In this document: piece by piece, positions 28,861 to 43,769 of the stretch | Layout: every line of letters begins with the position of its first letter | How positions within the stretch are numbered: position 1 is the stretch's first letter | Assembly (NCBI RefSeq): GCF_009914755.1 | Contig: NC_060934.1 | Direction: 5' to 3' (one strand) | Length of the DNA: 64,000 nucleotides | Origin: the human T2T-CHM13v2.0 reference genome, Homo sapiens | The notes under the pieces: generated by a model | What the model saw: only the letters and a program-made list of their open reading frames with translations | What the model was told of the DNA's origin: nothing | Database searches by the model: none | Translations under genes and position numbers: made by a program

Positions 28861-30109
28861 GGGCTTTCTTTCTCCTCTCCTCTCCCATCAGCCAGATGCT
28901 CGCAGGCATGCTTGGTGAAAGGCTTCCTTTTTTATGGGAGCTTCTGGACTGAGACAACCTTTTTTCTCTCTCTGATTAGCACTTCCTTTTCATTGATGCT
29001 GCCAGTTCTTTCAATTGCTCCATTTCTATTACATTCAACTCAGTTCATGAGAGTTGAACTGAATTGAGTATAAAGCATAAAGACTTAAGTCAGACAGAAC
29101 TGGGTTCACATTCTGCCCCTGCCTCCTGCCTATTGTAACCTTGGACAAGTTATTTAACCATGCTAAGCCTCAATTTTCACATTGATAGAATGAGTAGAGT
29201 TCGTCAAGTTGAGAAATTCATTCATCCATTCCCCCTTCCTCACCTCCCATTTTGCCCCTGGACATTTATGCGTTTGTGTTCTTGTCATTCTACTTTCTTT
29301 CTGACCTATAGATTGCTTTGATCCTTTGCTTTTGACGTGTCTCTACAACATTAAAGATTGTTAGTACTGTCTCCATTTCTTAAAAGAAGAACTTGAGGCT
29401 CAGAGAACCTAAGCAGCCTGTCCCGAGTCACCCAGCTAATGGACGGCAGAGCGAGAATTTGAACCCAGATCTGACCAGGCAACCCATGGTCAACAGTCTT
29501 TTTTATAGGTGGAAAAAAAAGTCTTTTTCCACTTTTTCAATGCCAACCTGAAGAAGTTAGTGAACAAGGGTGACCAGCTCAGTGGGTTGTTGAGGACTGA
29601 AACCAGCCCATGTTCTGCTTTGGCAAGCCATATGCCCTGGCATGGGGCCATGTTGCCAGAAAGAGGGGTGCCTTTTCTAATTCTCACACATACCAAAAGA
29701 GCTACTAGAAGGAGCCTGGCTCCCTGCTGTTATGTGACAAATATGCCTCCTCCAGAGCCAACTTGGAATTATATCTACAAGTTGGCATGTTTGCTACTCT
29801 GTATATGGGTGCTATACTGCTGGCTGGCCTGCATTAATATCCTCTCTTTTAGCTTAGGGTAAAGGAGAAATTATTCACCTTTGAGTAAATGCATAGTAAT
29901 TTTGCTGAGTCACAGGATATTGAGGTAGAATGGAGTCAGAGAATGTCCTGCTAATTTACTCCGTATTTGGGAAAGCTAACTCCAGGTTTCAGAACAGAGA
30001 TTATCTTGTATAGTCAGATATAATCTTTATTTAATGGAATATTTGATATTCCATGGAATATTAATGGAATAAAAGAAGTACCAAGATTTCATACTCCTCT
30101 TCCTGTCCA

Positions 30110-30238
30110 AGAGAGGAAGAGAGGGATGGAGGCAGGGAAAAAGGAAGGGAAGGAGGGAGAGGGAGAGGGAGAGAAGACAGAAGGAAGAGGAGGAGGAAGA
30201 AGAGGAGGAAGAAGAAAAAGGGAAGGGAAAGGAAGGAC
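30110..30238. repeat. GA-rich low-complexity tract
   Basis: (GGA)/(GGAA) purine run. Confidence 0.85.
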
Positions 30239-31631
30239 AACAATATGTTAAACTAGTTCAAACCATACTTCTCAATTCTTTAGGTCTGGAAAGTAATAAT
30301 AAGCCTTGTACATATTATCTGATTGATTCCAGACTCTTCATTTTATCTCAATCACTAGGACACTTAGATAATACCCTAGATAATTAAACTTGCCAAATTG
30401 TAATTCTTCCAGTGTAAATGTCCCCATAATAATTTAATAATAGTAGCAGCATACACTCATAAAATGAGCTTCTCTTTTAAAATTATGTTGACATTTACTT
30501 CATGTTTTCAAGTGTGACAATTTAAATAGATTGTCACACAAATAAATAATTAAAGTAAAAGGCAGGATCTGACTTTAACCGGTAAACAAATTTATTTTTT
30601 ATTTATCAATAACTTGCTTTATTTATCAATCCATGCTTGGCAAAACAAATCCATGTGAAAGAAAATAGCCACTTCATAAAATAATCAACAATTAAAATAC
30701 GGTGTTAAGAAACAGGTGACATCTACCATAATGGATTCTTGGTTCTCTTTTCTGAAACCTGGAGTTGGCTTTTCCAAATACGGAGTAAAGATCTTAAAGT
30801 GAATTAGATCTTAAATGAATAAATGCTAGTTATTACTGTTCTTTAGTTGTAATTTCTGGTTAATAAAGAATTCTAGAAGAAATGTGTGTTTATTTTTACT
30901 GTAAATAGGTGTTTCCAAAGTTTTAAGAACTAAAAAATGTCTTTTTACCTTTATATCTAGTTTATTATGCCAAGATTATAAAACTAGTAGCTGTGAAGCA
31001 AAGAAACTCACTTGCAACACTGCCTGAAATTACACTAGTAAAGATTCATTTATGTGGGTTAAGCTTTTGTCATAGAATTCATTGAAGGATTCTGGAAGGA
31101 ATGGCTCAAGTCTGTATTAGTCACTAATTATGATAGTAATAATAATTACATTAATTTATACTTTAATTAAATAATACTTTGCATGTGCGCTAGATGCTAG
31201 GAACTGCACTAATTGTCTTTTAAACATGACCTACTAACTTCACAACAGCCCTACCCAGTAGAAAATTTTTCCATTTTATAGATGAGAAAATTCATAATAA
31301 TAGAAATTTAAAACTCTCCTAAGGTATAGAACGTGTTTGAATCCAGAATGAAACACATGTATGCCTCACTCCAAAGTCTTACTAATTTCCTGTGGGAACT
31401 AGTTTCTCAAGGGGCATTCTAAAAACCACCCCAATTAAAGATTTTTGGGAAAAGCCATTAAGAGGTGCATTGGAAGGATTACAAAGCTAATAACAAGCCT
31501 CATGATTTCACTAAGGACCAACACTGAGCAGATGTCACCTAATACTGTGCAGTCCTTCTTTGAACTATCTCTTTCTCCACTTTTGATATCCACGCCTGTA
31601 AGATTTGATGGTGTTTTAAATTATCTTGTAG

Positions 31632-31778
31632 GTGTTGTTTGGTGACAAAATGTTCCACCCTCATACATTGTTTGACCAATTCATTGCCACCAAAGTGTGC
31701 AATCGAAAGCTATTCCGTCGTATTTGCAGCAACTTCCTATTTACTCTGAGTGGATTTGATCCGCAAAACTTAAATATG
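31632..31778 (+). CDS. LIPK: LIPK coding exon 6 (lid/cap region with Cys pair)
   Basis: cttgtag|GTG...ATG|gtaggt, 147 nt. Overlaps ORF 31632-31832. Confidence 0.96.
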
Positions 31779-33570
31779 GTAGGTGTAAGTAATTGGGTCT
31801 GGGAAAACATTTGTTTTGTTGCACAGAAGTGATGAAAGTTATCCTGGATTGTATGGCAACTGCAATTCAAGGTTTCCTTTTTGCATTTGGAATGTAATTA
31901 GTACATTTATGGCTTCCAATGAGGGTTGAGAGTCCACTTGCTTTCATAGGAGGATTTGAGAAGAAAGCTTTTCTGCCAACAATTCTCATCTCTTCTTACC
32001 CGAAACGTCCTTCGCTTAGATAAAGGCTATGGTTTTGATATTTATCTTGCTGTGCCTACGCCTTATGTCAGACCCACTGAAGTAGAATCTCAGGGGGTGA
32101 GTCCAGACATTTGCATTTTTATTTGTTTACCAATTTTCCACTTTCACAGTTGATTTGGAAAGTTATTTTGTGAACAACTTACTTCCTTAACCCAAAAGGA
32201 TAAAAGGAGGCATGGTTCTTCAACAACAGCTACAAATTTATTGTTCAAGGGGTACCGAGAGGGATCAGTGTCAGGGTTCTTGTCAAGTAATTTCTAATTT
32301 AACTGAGATCCTTTCCATGATGACCCAAGGAGTTGGGGAAGGGAGGAGGGAAAGAGAGGAGTTGTGTTTGAAACCAGAAGTAGGATAAGGCTGAAGTTGG
32401 TCTCCACCTCTCTCACAAACTTCTGCCCAGAGCCTACTCTCCCAGTCAGTAGAAAGCACTGATTAAAATTTTTCTTGCTTTCAGGCAAGATTTATAAAAG
32501 GCTTTTTATGCAAAACATGTCTTAGCCATTGCCTTTCTATGTTCCTCTCTCACTTTCTCAGTGTACAATGGAAACTATGCTTCCTATCACTTAGATGCAA
32601 GGATATATGTAGGTGAGAGCATATCATGCAGGCAGAGCTGAGTAAAAAGACCTTGAAGCAAATAAAAAAGAGTGTATTTTAAAAGCACCCTCTCAGCATA
32701 GCCTAAGAGTTTGCTAAAGAAAGACATCACAAAATAACACCCTTGAGTATTCATTGGCCCTTGTTGTCCATATGGACACCTTTTGTCAGATCACCTTTTG
32801 TCTTTCTGCCAAAAAGCAAAACTTACAGAATATTACAGCACCTTCAAGGACATTTGTTTCAAAGAACCATAGCCAGGGGTACATAAGTAATATTGGTGGA
32901 ACTTTGAAAAAATACACATGTCCAGAACTCAACCTTTGAGATTTTGATTTTTATTCAGTACATTTGGATAGCTTATAAGTAGGTTAAAATATTTTTAAAG
33001 CCCTAAGATGTTTCTGATGCTTACTTTGGTGGAAAATAACTCTTTTAATTTAAAAAATAGTGCAATTGAAAATATGAGAGAATCAAGAGTTTTTGTGTGT
33101 GTTTTGTTTTTGTTTTTGTTCTTGTGTGTGTTTGTGGTTGTTTATCCATAAGATATCTAAATATACCGACTGAATTAATTCTGTTACACAAAATTTCAGA
33201 GTCCTGTAGAATATTCATCACATTTTAAAATTCAGAAAACGAACGTCAACATACAGATCTATTCTTAGTGTCTTAGGGCCAACAGCTCTCTTTGAATGTC
33301 CTTTGGGACTTAACACGGGGTGAAGGAGAAGATCACTGGGGTTTTTATTCTTTAATCCCCTATACCCTTGAACCTATGGGAGTTGAGTCTGGAAAAAGAT
33401 AGATTTCCTTTTGTCTTTGCCCCGTGGGATGCCCTCTGTAGGCTTTCTGAAGACACTGCTGAGGACAGGACAGAGCTGGTGGAGGAAAAATTCTTCAAAG
33501 ATGGGCTTTTTTGGTTAATATGTCTTCAGATTATATGGTACATGTTTTTTCCTTAAAGAAAGGGAAAAGA

Positions 33571-33884
33571 GGCCAGGTGCAGTGGCTCACACCTGTAATC
33601 CCAGCACTTTGGGAAGCTGAGGCAGGCGGATCACGAGGTCAGGAGAGCGAGACCATCCTGGCTGACACAGTGAAACCCTGTCTCTACTAAAAGTACAAAC
33701 ACAAAATTAGCCAGGCGTGGTGGTGCGCACCTGTAGTCCTAGCTACTCGGGAGGCTAAGGCAGGAGAATGGAACCCAGGAGGTGGAGCCTGCAGTGAGCT
33801 GAGATTGCACCACTGCACTCCAGCCTGGGTGACAGAGCGAGACTCCAACTCAAAAATAAAAATAAAAATAAAAATAAAAAAAAG
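33571..33884 (+). mobile_element. AluY-like
   Basis: gatcacgaggtcaggaga...gaccatcctggct. TSD aaagaaagggaaaaga at 33555-33570 and 33885-33900. Confidence 0.93.
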
Positions 33885-33992
33885 AAAGAAAGGGAAAAGA
33901 GGAAAAGAAGAAACTTTTTAAATTTCTCTCAAATGTTTACTTGTGGTATGATGATATGATTAGCCTCTAGATGAGAAGTAATCTCTTTGCAG

Positions 33993-34064
33993 AGTCGCTT
34001 GGATGTTTATTTGTCACACAATCCTGCGGGAACATCTGTTCAGAATATGCTGCACTGGGCTCAG
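33993..34064 (+). CDS. LIPK: LIPK coding exon 7 ([24 protein letters not shown])
   Basis: ctttgcag|AGT...CAG|gtaagt, 72 nt. PAGTSVQN motif. Confidence 0.98.
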
Positions 34065-35195
34065 GTAAGTGCTTCTTATTCCTGCTTGATGCACACATAT
34101 CTCTGCAAGACCCTCAAGAAGTGCTCTCAGAGAGCTCACTGCAGGGTTCTGCTGGCACCTGCCACTGCCACATTGATGTTTTTGGAATCAGCATCAACTC
34201 TTCATTTTTATTTACTTCATTCCCATTTCTTCTCCTTGTCCTCAGTGTCTGGGTTTTGAGCATGGTTCTCAGATATTCTGACTGGGTTCTGATCCTTAGA
34301 TGATTCCAAACTGCATTTTAAGGGAAGACTTTTATTTCCTCTTTCAGAAAGTCATCAGCTCTAATAGAACTTTATATAAAATGATGCATCTTATTCCAGA
34401 AAGAGCTGTTCATCCTCCAATCAATATATGGGGCATTTCAGAATGTGGAAATGATGCTTTATTCAGAGAAGATTGAATGCTAGGGAAGAATTAAAATGGA
34501 TTTATGGCTTATGTTTTTACCTTCAGCTAAAGTTTTATTTGTTTTATTTTATTACTCAATATACAGAAAGCTCAGAGATAAGTCTAATCCAGTTGGTGTG
34601 GCTTTCTGAGCCTTGTGTGTGTGTGTGTCTTTGTGTGTGCATGCGCACACACGTGCATGCACATTCATTTGTTTATTATGTAATATTTGCCTATATTCTT
34701 GGCTGGTGGCTCAGTCACAACGCCTTTTGAAAAGTGAACAAAATATACATAATTCTATGACGGGGAAAGTGGTGGTGTCTTCTTAAAGGTTTAATATATC
34801 TGAGACCCCCCCCCCAACCAGGAATTTGCATTTTAATATATATCCTACTAAATTTGCTCCCTGTTTTAGAGAATCGCTACTATAGATAGCCTGAAATACT
34901 TGGTGAGGATTTCCAAAATACTTGGAAGAGTTTGATCCCAGGAGATAAGGCTTCAAGTTCCTCTACGAAGAAAGATGTTCAGGATATAGGGCTTCCTACT
35001 GACGAGGAGACAGATAGGTCCTCTTATGAGCATGGCCTTCCAGGTACTACACATTTAACTTCACAGTTATTGAGCACTTAATATATGCTCTTCTTGCTGC
35101 TCATACATATGATTTTATTCAGTCTCACTGAATTATTATAACAATTTTTTAGTAAAGGCATTGATATCCCCCCACTCTACAAATGTCATAGCATA

Positions 35196-35522
35196 TTCTT
35201 TTATTTATTTATTTTTTAAGACAGGGTCTCAAAAAAAAGCGTGCAGTGGTACAATCACGTTACCCAGGCTGAAGTACAGTGGTAGAATCATGGCTCACTG
35301 TAGCCTTGACATCCTGGGTTTAAGCAATCCTCCCATCTCAGCTTCCTGAGTAGCTGGCACCACAGGCATGCACCACCATGCCCAGATAACGTTTGTTTCT
35401 TTTTACAAAGATGAGGTCTTGTTTTGTTGCCTAGGCTGGTCTTGGACTGCTGGACTCAAGCAATCCTCCCACCTCAGCCTACCAGAGTGCTGGGATTACA
35501 GGCGTGAGCACTGCGCATGGCT
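35196..35522 (-). mobile_element. AluJ (rearranged near its 3' end)
   Basis: J diagnostics (aagcaatcctccc). Confidence 0.88.
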
Positions 35523-35865
35523 GCCTGTTCCTTATACATTTTACAATTGACTTCTCTTAAGAAAAACTTTTCCCCTTTGACAGAGAGTCCTCTTCAGGAT
35601 AGAAATAAGTGGGGATGGTGGGGGGCATGGTGAATATTTGGTTATAAGTTACATAGGCAGCTAAGGCAAGAGTGATGATCATGATGATGGGAGTAATACT
35701 AGTGAAAAAAAGCTGTTTGTTGGGTATTATTAGGTGCTACATGCTTTATAGGTGTTACCATAATCTTCACAATCCTAAGAAAGAATGTTACTATCATTCT
35801 CATTTCACAAATATCTTGCCTTGAATCACAGATTCAGTAGTCTATTAAGCCTGGATACAATCAAG

Positions 35866-36254
35866 GTATATTAGTGTCTTTCACACTACTATAAAGAGCT
35901 ACCTGAGACTGGATAATTTATGAAGACAAGTGTTTTAACAGACTCACAGCTCCACAGGCTGTACAGGAAGCATGGCTAGGAGGCCTCAAGAAACTTACAA
36001 TCAATCACCGTGGAAAGTGAAGGGGAAGCAAGCACGTCTTACCACGGTGGAGCAGGAGAGAGAGAGCACAAAGTGGGAAGTGCCACACACTTTCAAACAA
36101 CCAGATCTTGTGAGAACTCACTCACTATCAGGAGAACAGCAAAGGGGAAGTCCGCCCCCATGATTCAGTCACCTCCCACCAGGCCCCTCACCTGACAAGT
36201 GTGGTTACAATTAGAGATGAGATTTGGGTGGGGACACAGAGCCAAACCAAATCA
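35866..36254 (-). mobile_element. MaLR LTR (MSTA/THE1D-like)
   Basis: gtatattagt...ctataaaga...cctgagactgg...gagatttgggtggggacacagagccaaacc. Confidence 0.9.
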
Positions 36255-37248
36255 TCAGATTTGATCCTAGAGCCCAAGTTCCTAAGTAGTACGTCCTATT
36301 GCCTCTCATTTCTAAAAGCTTGCAGAATTTCAACAGCAGCAGACTGCTGCCTCTCTGAATATAAATCATGATGAGAATAATTTTAAACTAAAAATCAGGA
36401 CTAAATTGGTAAGTGGGAAAAATATCTGAGATTCAAGCTAAGAAAGAAAAACACAGAATAGTCTGAGAATAATTTAATGAAGTGCTTGACATAAATGTCA
36501 AAATTATCTGCCTCATCAATCCTATATGGGTGGCAAATAACAGAAAAATGAAGTGCTGCATATATGCATGACCTTATATTCTAATATTTGAAGTTTCAAT
36601 ACCAAAATGCAAAAGTAGTCATGCACAGTGTCTCAGTCAGCCCATGGCTACATTATGCACATCACAGCAGGTGGCTTGACTCCACATATGGGAGGCAGAG
36701 AGCAGCCATGTACCTTACACAGAACTGCGGAAGCTCAGTGGGTGAATATTTCTTTTAATAGTAAAAAAAAAAAAGTTTAAGGATAGGGAATATAATCATA
36801 ACAGTTTAGACCACATCATGAGGATAAGGTACAAAGTTGTATAATAACAATAGCAGTAATTTTTAAATGTAAGAAATGTATAGCTAATGCCTTTTTAAAA
36901 AAATTATTAAAATTCCTGAAGCAAAGATATTCAAGAATCATTCAATTCCGCATCTTTAAAAAATATTTCTGTGTGTAACATGGTAACATTTAAAGGCATT
37001 GGATTTAAATGAAAAATCTGAGGATTTTCACTGGAAAGATACAGGAATGAGTAAAAGATTGTACCAATTCTGTGAATTACGATAAGATTTATCATTTTTA
37101 TTACTTATTTTCTTAATCTTTATTGAAATTTAGCTTATGTTTCTAAAGACTGGGGCATAATGTTAATCTTCTTTGTATATTTCTTCTGTACTGTCTTTAA
37201 ATGTACACTATTTTCTTATATTATTTTAACGTGCTTATTTTATTTTAG

Positions 37249-37320
37249 GCTGTTAATTCTGGTCAGCTCCAAGCTTTTGATTGGGGAAACTCTGATCAGA
37301 ACATGATGCACTTCCATCAG
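37249..37320 (+). CDS. LIPK: LIPK coding exon 8 (AVNSGQLQAFDWGNSDQNMMHFHQ)
   Basis: attttag|GCT...CAG|gtacaa, 72 nt. AFDWG motif. Confidence 0.96.
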
Positions 37321-40300
37321 GTACAAAAATAATCCTCATAATCAGTTCCATGCTGCAAATGAACTAACAAAAATAGTGTCTACTCATGAAGCACCTACCA
37401 CTTCCATTTAACCACACTGGATATTGCTTATTGCTGTTCTCACAGGCTGCTTATTGGGTTCTTGCCATATGCCATATCATTATTTCTAATTCTTACAAGG
37501 ACCTTGCAAGGTAAATATTATTATCCCTATTTTTTTCAGAGGTTCAGAGAGGGTAGGTAAATTACCAGAGTTATTCGCTAGTAAACAACCAGAGACAGGG
37601 GCTCAAGATGGTCAACTAGATACAGCCAGGAAGAGTTTCTCCCATTAAGAGACAAGACCATCAAGAAGATTGGAACACTCTGAGCAGATCTTCAGAAGAA
37701 AGGCATTGAGAGTGAATGGAGGTAGGATGTGGAGCCTGGGCTAGAGGGAGGATTCTGGGAAGCCTGAACGGGGTTGCTGAGCACCAGGACTCACTTCAGG
37801 CCCTGAGTAGCTCCTGGGGAAGAGGTGAGTTAAATAGGAGTGCAATGGCCCATTCTTACTATGGACCTACCTGTAGGACACCCCACAACCCCCATAGACA
37901 TTTGAGCTAGTAGGCAGAGCTGTTTGGGGAGTTGGCAGGGACAGGACTCTTGCCTGTGCAAAGCCCAAAGGGTTTGGTGCAGGAACGGTTGCAGTGAAGT
38001 ATGGCCAGGGACATCCATTCCCTAAGGCTCGCCAAGCACCTCTAGGTAGCGCTGGCCTTTGTTGACTGTTGAACCTGAACAGAACAGGGCTATCTTACCC
38101 ACGGGACAGGGCCAGTGTAATCTGAGCACATCCCTGTCTGCTGGCCTTTCTCAGGGTTCCTGCCTGGCTGCACCTGCTTGCAGCACAGCCTCACATGCCC
38201 AACCAGAGTGCCTCCCTGTGGTCACTGCCATACCTCCTTCACTGGCAGATTCTGCCTAGGCATAGGACAGCTTTTGCAGATGGGTCCCTACCAGTGTGAA
38301 CATACTTGCAGCCTCCCCTGACTGCTTTGCAAGCATGCGTGTGTGCAAACCTTGCCACCACCACCACGATGAAGTGCTTTTGCCCCACCTCCCATCAGAG
38401 TGTTGTTGCCAGTATATGAGGAACATCTCAGCCTCTCCAGTGCAGCAGTGGCCAGAGAACAAAGCTTTGCACATGGTCCCACCTACCAAGGTTATAGCAC
38501 CCAGCCCAGGAGTGCTGAGCTGAGCCCTGGTACCCTGAAGTCATCCAGAAATGAAGCCAGTCAACTAAACACAACTTATATCACAGTCATATTCTCAAGG
38601 GCTTCAAAGAATATAAAAGCAAAAAGCCTCATCCAAAGGACAGCAACTTCAAAGATTAAAGGAATATCAGCCAAAACAGTTGAGAAGGAATCAGTGCAAG
38701 AACTCTGGACATTTGAAAAGGCAAATGACCTCTAAATGACCACACTAACTCTCCAGCAATTGTTCTTAACCAGATTTAAATGACTGAAATGACAGATACA
38801 CAGTTCAGAATCTGGACGGCAACAGAGATCATTGAAATTCAGGAGAAAGTTGAAACTCAGTCCAAGGAATCTAAGGAATCCAGTAAAATAATTTAAGAGC
38901 TGAAAGATGAAATAGCCATTTTAAGAAATAACCAAATTGATCTGATAGAGCTGGGAAACTCACTATAAGAATTTCATAATATAACCAGAAGTATTAATAG
39001 CAGAATAGACCAAGCTTAGGAAAAAATCTCAGAGATTGAAGACTGGTTATTTCAGTGAACCCAGTCAGACAAAAATAAAGAAAAAAGAATTTAAAAAATG
39101 AACAAAATCTGCAGAAAATATAGGATTATGTAAAGACACCAAACCTACAGCTCTCTGGCATTCCTGAAAGAGAGGAAGAGAGAGGAAGTAACTTGGAAAA
39201 CATATTTGATGATATTGTCTATGAAAATTTCCCCAACCTCACTAGAGCGGTCAACATTTAAATTTGGGAAATTCAGAGAACCCCTGCAAGATAGTATATA
39301 AGACAACCATCCCCAAGACACATAGTCATCAGATTCTCCAAGGTCTATATGAAAGAAAAAATATTAAAGGCAGCTAGAGAGAAGGGGCAGTTCACCAACA
39401 AAGGGAACCTCATCAGGCTAACTGTGGACCTTTCAGCAGAAACCCTACAAGCCAGAAGAGATTACGGGCTTGTATTCAACATCCTTAAAGAAAAGAAATT
39501 CTAACCAAGAATTTCACATACAGACAAACTAAGCTTTATAAGTGAAGAAAATATAAAATATTTTTCAGACAAAATTGCTAAGGGAATTTATTACCACCAG
39601 ACCTGCCTTCCAAGAGGTCCTTAATGGAATGCTAAACATGGAAATAAAGACTGGTACCAGATACTACAAAAGCACACTTAAATACATAGACCGTTGACAC
39701 TAGAAAGCAGCTACATAATCAAGCCTACATAAGAACCAGCTAACAACACAATGACAGGATCAAATCTACACATATTGATATTAACCTTGAATGCAAACAG
39801 GCTAAATGCCTCACTTAAAATGCAAAGAGTTGCAAGTTGCATAAAGAAGCAAGACCTAACTGTATGCTGCCTACCTGAGACCTATCTTGCATGCAGTGAC
39901 ACTCCTGGGCTCAAAGAAAAGGGAGGGAGAAATATCTATCAAACAAATGGAAAAGAAAAAAGACCAGGGGTTGCTATTCTTGCTTCAGACAAAACAGAAT
40001 TTAAATAAACAATTATCAAAAGGAACAGAGAAGGACATTAAATAAAGATAAAGGGTTGAATTTAACAAGAATACAACTATCCTAAATATATATGCACCCA
40101 ACACAGGAGCACCCAGATTCATAAAACAAGTCCTTAGAGACCTACAAAGAGACTTAGATAACCACACAACAATAGTGGGAGACTTCAACACCCCACTGAC
40201 AGTACTAGACAGATCTTTGATGCAGAAAGCTAACAAAGATATTTGGGACCTAAACTTGACACCTAACCAAATAGACTGAGCAGACATCTAGAGAACACTC

Positions 40301-41636
40301 GACCCAATAACAGCAGAATACATATTCTTCTCATGTGCACATGGCATATACTCTAAAATCGACCACACACTCAACCATAAAGCAATTCTCAACAAATTAA
40401 AAAAAAACTGAAATTATACTATGTACACTCATGAATCACAGTACAATAAAAGTAGAAATCAATACCAAGATGATCCATCAAAACCATGCAATTAGACAAC
40501 CTTCTCCTGAATGACTTTTGGGTAAATAATGAAACACAGGCAGAAATCAAGAAATTCTTTGAAACTAATGAAAACAAAGATACAATATACCAGAATCTCT
40601 GGGACACAGCTAAAGGAGTGTTAAGAGGAAAGCTTATAGTGCTAAACATCCACATCAAAAAGTTAGAAAGATCTCAAATTAAGAACCTAACATCACACCT
40701 AGAGAAACTAGAAAAACAAGAGCAAACCAACTCCAGAGCTAGCAGAAGAAAAAATAACCAAAATTACAGCTTAACTGAATGAAACTGAGATGCAAAGAAA
40801 CATACAAAAGATCAACAAAATCACAAGTTGCTTCCTTGACAGAATAAATAAAATTGATAGACTGCTAGCTAGACTAATAAATAATAAAGAGAGAAGATTC
40901 AAATAAATACAGTCAGAAATGACAATGGGGACATTACCACCACCCCACAGATACATAATAATCCCTCAGAGACTATCATTATCACCTCTACACACACAAA
41001 CTAGAAAATCTAGAAGAAATGCATAAATTCCGGGAAGCATAACACCTCCAAAGATTAAATCAGGAAGCAATTGAAATCCTAAACAGATCAATAACAAGTT
41101 CCAAAACTGAATCAGTACTAAAACACTACCAACCAGAAAAAGCCCTGGACCAGAATGAATTACAGTCCAATTTTACCATACATGTAAGAAGAGCTGGTGC
41201 CAATTTTATTGAAATAATTCCAAAAAATCGAGGAGGAGGGACTCTTCTCTAACTCATTTTATGAAGCCAGCATCCATCATTCTGATGCCAAAATCTGGCA
41301 GAAACACAATGAATAAAGAAAACTTCAGGCCAATATCCCTGATAAACATATATGCAAAAATTCTCAGTGAAATACTAGTGAACCTAATACAGCAACACAT
41401 CAAAAAGCTAGTCCACAACAATCAAGTAGGCTTTATTCCTGGGTTGCAAAGTTGGTCCAAAATATGCAAATCAATATGTTTCAGGCATCACATAAACAGA
41501 ACTAAAAACAAAAATCACAAGATTATCTCAATAGACACAGAAAAGACTCTTAAGAAAATTCCACATCCCTTCATGTTAAAAACCCTCAACAAACTAAGCA
41601 TCAAAGAAACTTACCTCAAAATAATAAAAGCCATCT

Positions 41637-42647
<1,011 letters not shown>

Positions 42648-43701
42648 TTAAATGCCATTTCTGACAAACCCACAGCCAACATAATACTGAATAGGCAAAA
42701 GCTTGAAGCATTCCCCTTGAGAACTGAAACAAGACAAGAATGTCCACTGTCACCACTCCTATTGAGCATAGTACTGGAAGTCCTAGCCAGAGCAATCACA
42801 CAAGAGAAAGAAATAAATGGCATTCGAATAGGAAGAGAGGAAGTCAAACTACTTCTTTTCATGGATGATGTGATTCTATATCTAAAAAACCCCATAGTCT
42901 CATTCTAAAGGCTCCTTACACTGATAAATAACTTCAGTAATGTTTTAGGATACAAAATCAATGTACCAAAATCAGTAACAATGTCCAAGCTGACAGCCAA
43001 GTCAAGAACATAATCCCAATCATAATAGCCACAAAAAGAATAAAATGTGAATACAGCTAATCAGGGAAATGAAAGATCTCTACAATGAGAACTTTAAAAC
43101 ACTGCTCAAAGAAATCAGAGATGATACAAATGGAAAAACATTCCATGTTCATGGATAGGAAGAATCAATATCATTAAAATGGCCATACTGTCCAAATCAA
43201 TTTACAGATTCAATGCTACTCCTATCAAAATACAAATGACATCTAACACAGAATTAGAAAAACTATTTTAAAATTCATATGAAACCCAAAAGAAGCCTGA
43301 ATAGTCAAGGCAATCTTAAGCAAAAAGAGCAAAGCTGGAGGCATTACTTGACTTCAAACTATACTACAAGGCTACAGTAACCAAAACAGCATGGTATTGG
43401 TACAAAAACAGACACATAGACCAGTGGAATGGGTTAGAGAACCCAGAAATAAAGTTGAACACCTGCAATCATTTGATCTTCGACAAAGTTGACAATAACA
43501 AGCAATGGGGAAAGGATGGTCTATTCAATAATTGGTGCTGAGATAACTGGCTAGCCATATGCAGAAGATTGAAACTGGACCCCTTCTTTTTCCCATATAC
43601 AAAAATTAACTCAAGATGGATTAAAGACTTAAATGTATAAGCTACAACTATAAAAACCCTAAAAGAAAACCTAGGAAATACCGTTCTGGACATAGGACCT
43701 G

Positions 43702-43769
43702 GCAAAAATTTCATGATAAAGATGCAAAAATTTCATGATAAAGATGCAAAAATTTCATGATAAAGATGC
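43702..43769. repeat. Perfect 3 x 22-bp tandem repeat (gcaaaaatttcatgataaagat)
   Basis: Units start at 43702, 43724 and 43746. Confidence 0.95.

Noticed and set aside
29509-29862. 117-aa ORF and p63/CTCF-like motifs in a GC-richer patch
   Set aside because: The ORF has a non-ATG start and no recognisable homology. The CATG cores have the wrong spacing for p63 and the CTCF match is poor.
43702-43769. 22-bp, 24-bp and 77-bp repeats as CRISPR-like arrays
   Set aside because: They are head-to-tail duplications without unique spacers, in eukaryotic DNA with no cas genes.
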